From positions 17,853-81,852 of the IMG/VR virus record IMGVR_UViG_3300026255_000001: a stretch of 64,000 nucleotides of DNA; one strand, 5' to 3'. Origin of the DNA: a virus (Duplodnaviria; Caudoviricetes). Positions 63,626 through 64,000 of this stretch are shown here, one piece after another. The position numbers and the translations under genes were made by a program. Position 1 is the stretch's first letter. The number at the start of each line of letters is the position of its first letter. The notes below the pieces were generated by a model. It worked only from the letters and a program-made list of their open reading frames with translations. It had not been told where the DNA came from and did no database searches.

Positions 63626-64000
63626 TCCCTGCCCTCACCAAAACCGAAAAGACCAAGCTCGCCGGAATTATACTTGGCGAGATCAGCCCGTCGGCGGTCC
63701 TGTTTATCGTCCTGTCTAGGCCGCAGAATACAAAGGAACTCATCGCCCTACTTGGCCCGTTCATTCCCGGCGACACCCTGCGGGAGAAGATTGCCTACGC
63801 CTTCACCGTGACGCGGCCAGCGTTTGACTCCGATGCCCGCTTCCGCGAGGTTGCCGAAGGCGTCCTCGACAAACTACGCGGCGTCACCGACGATGAGGGT
63901 GAGCCGGTTTCACCATCCGACCGGCTGCGGTGTGCGTTTGTTACGCCGATGCTTGCGTATTCGGATACGGGGCTTGTTAGGAGGCAGGCGGATGCGTTGC
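63622..64000 (+). CDS. Hypothetical protein, 3'-partial (MIPALTKTEKTKLAGIILG...)
   Basis: GTGA coupling; frame is open to the window end. Confidence 0.6.
   Translation, partial: MIPALTKTEKTKLAGIILGEISPSAVLFIVLSRPQNTKELIALLGPFIPGDTLREKIAYAFTVTRPAFDSDARFREVAEGVLDKLRGVTDDEGEPVSPSDRLRCAFVTPMLAYSDTGLVRRQADAL

Noticed and set aside
1-64000. Prophage, stop-codon recoding or inteins
   Set aside because: No integrase, att site or host genes seen; genes are intact in the standard code using all three stops; no intein-sized insertions in polA, helicase or primase.

Overview
A 64-kb fragment of a GC-rich tailed dsDNA phage, probably podovirus-like. No integrase, host genes, capsid or large terminase are in the window. 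It has three blocks. (1) 1-26481 (+): four internal-virion/ejection-type genes and a 6303-aa giant protein carrying a cellular-type (two-barrel) RNA polymerase active site, a zincin motif and a nucleotidyltransferase-like module. (2) 26538-53903 (mostly -): early/replication genes (primase-helicase, PolA, SSB, DUF2800 nuclease, SF2 helicase). This block also holds a complete ubiquitin-like conjugation operon (Ubl, E2, small ORF, E1, acidic ORF, JAB), a structured ncRNA region with a tRNA/tmRNA-like mini-RNA, an AT-rich origin-like region with a 10-bp-phased repeat array, and three repeat-bounded early gene cassettes. (3) 54217-64000 (+): a tail-fibre/adhesin module in which seven consecutive proteins carry export signal peptides. 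All family calls come from motifs read by eye; no database searches were run. Many start codons were corrected from the ORF track using RBS and stop/start overlap evidence.
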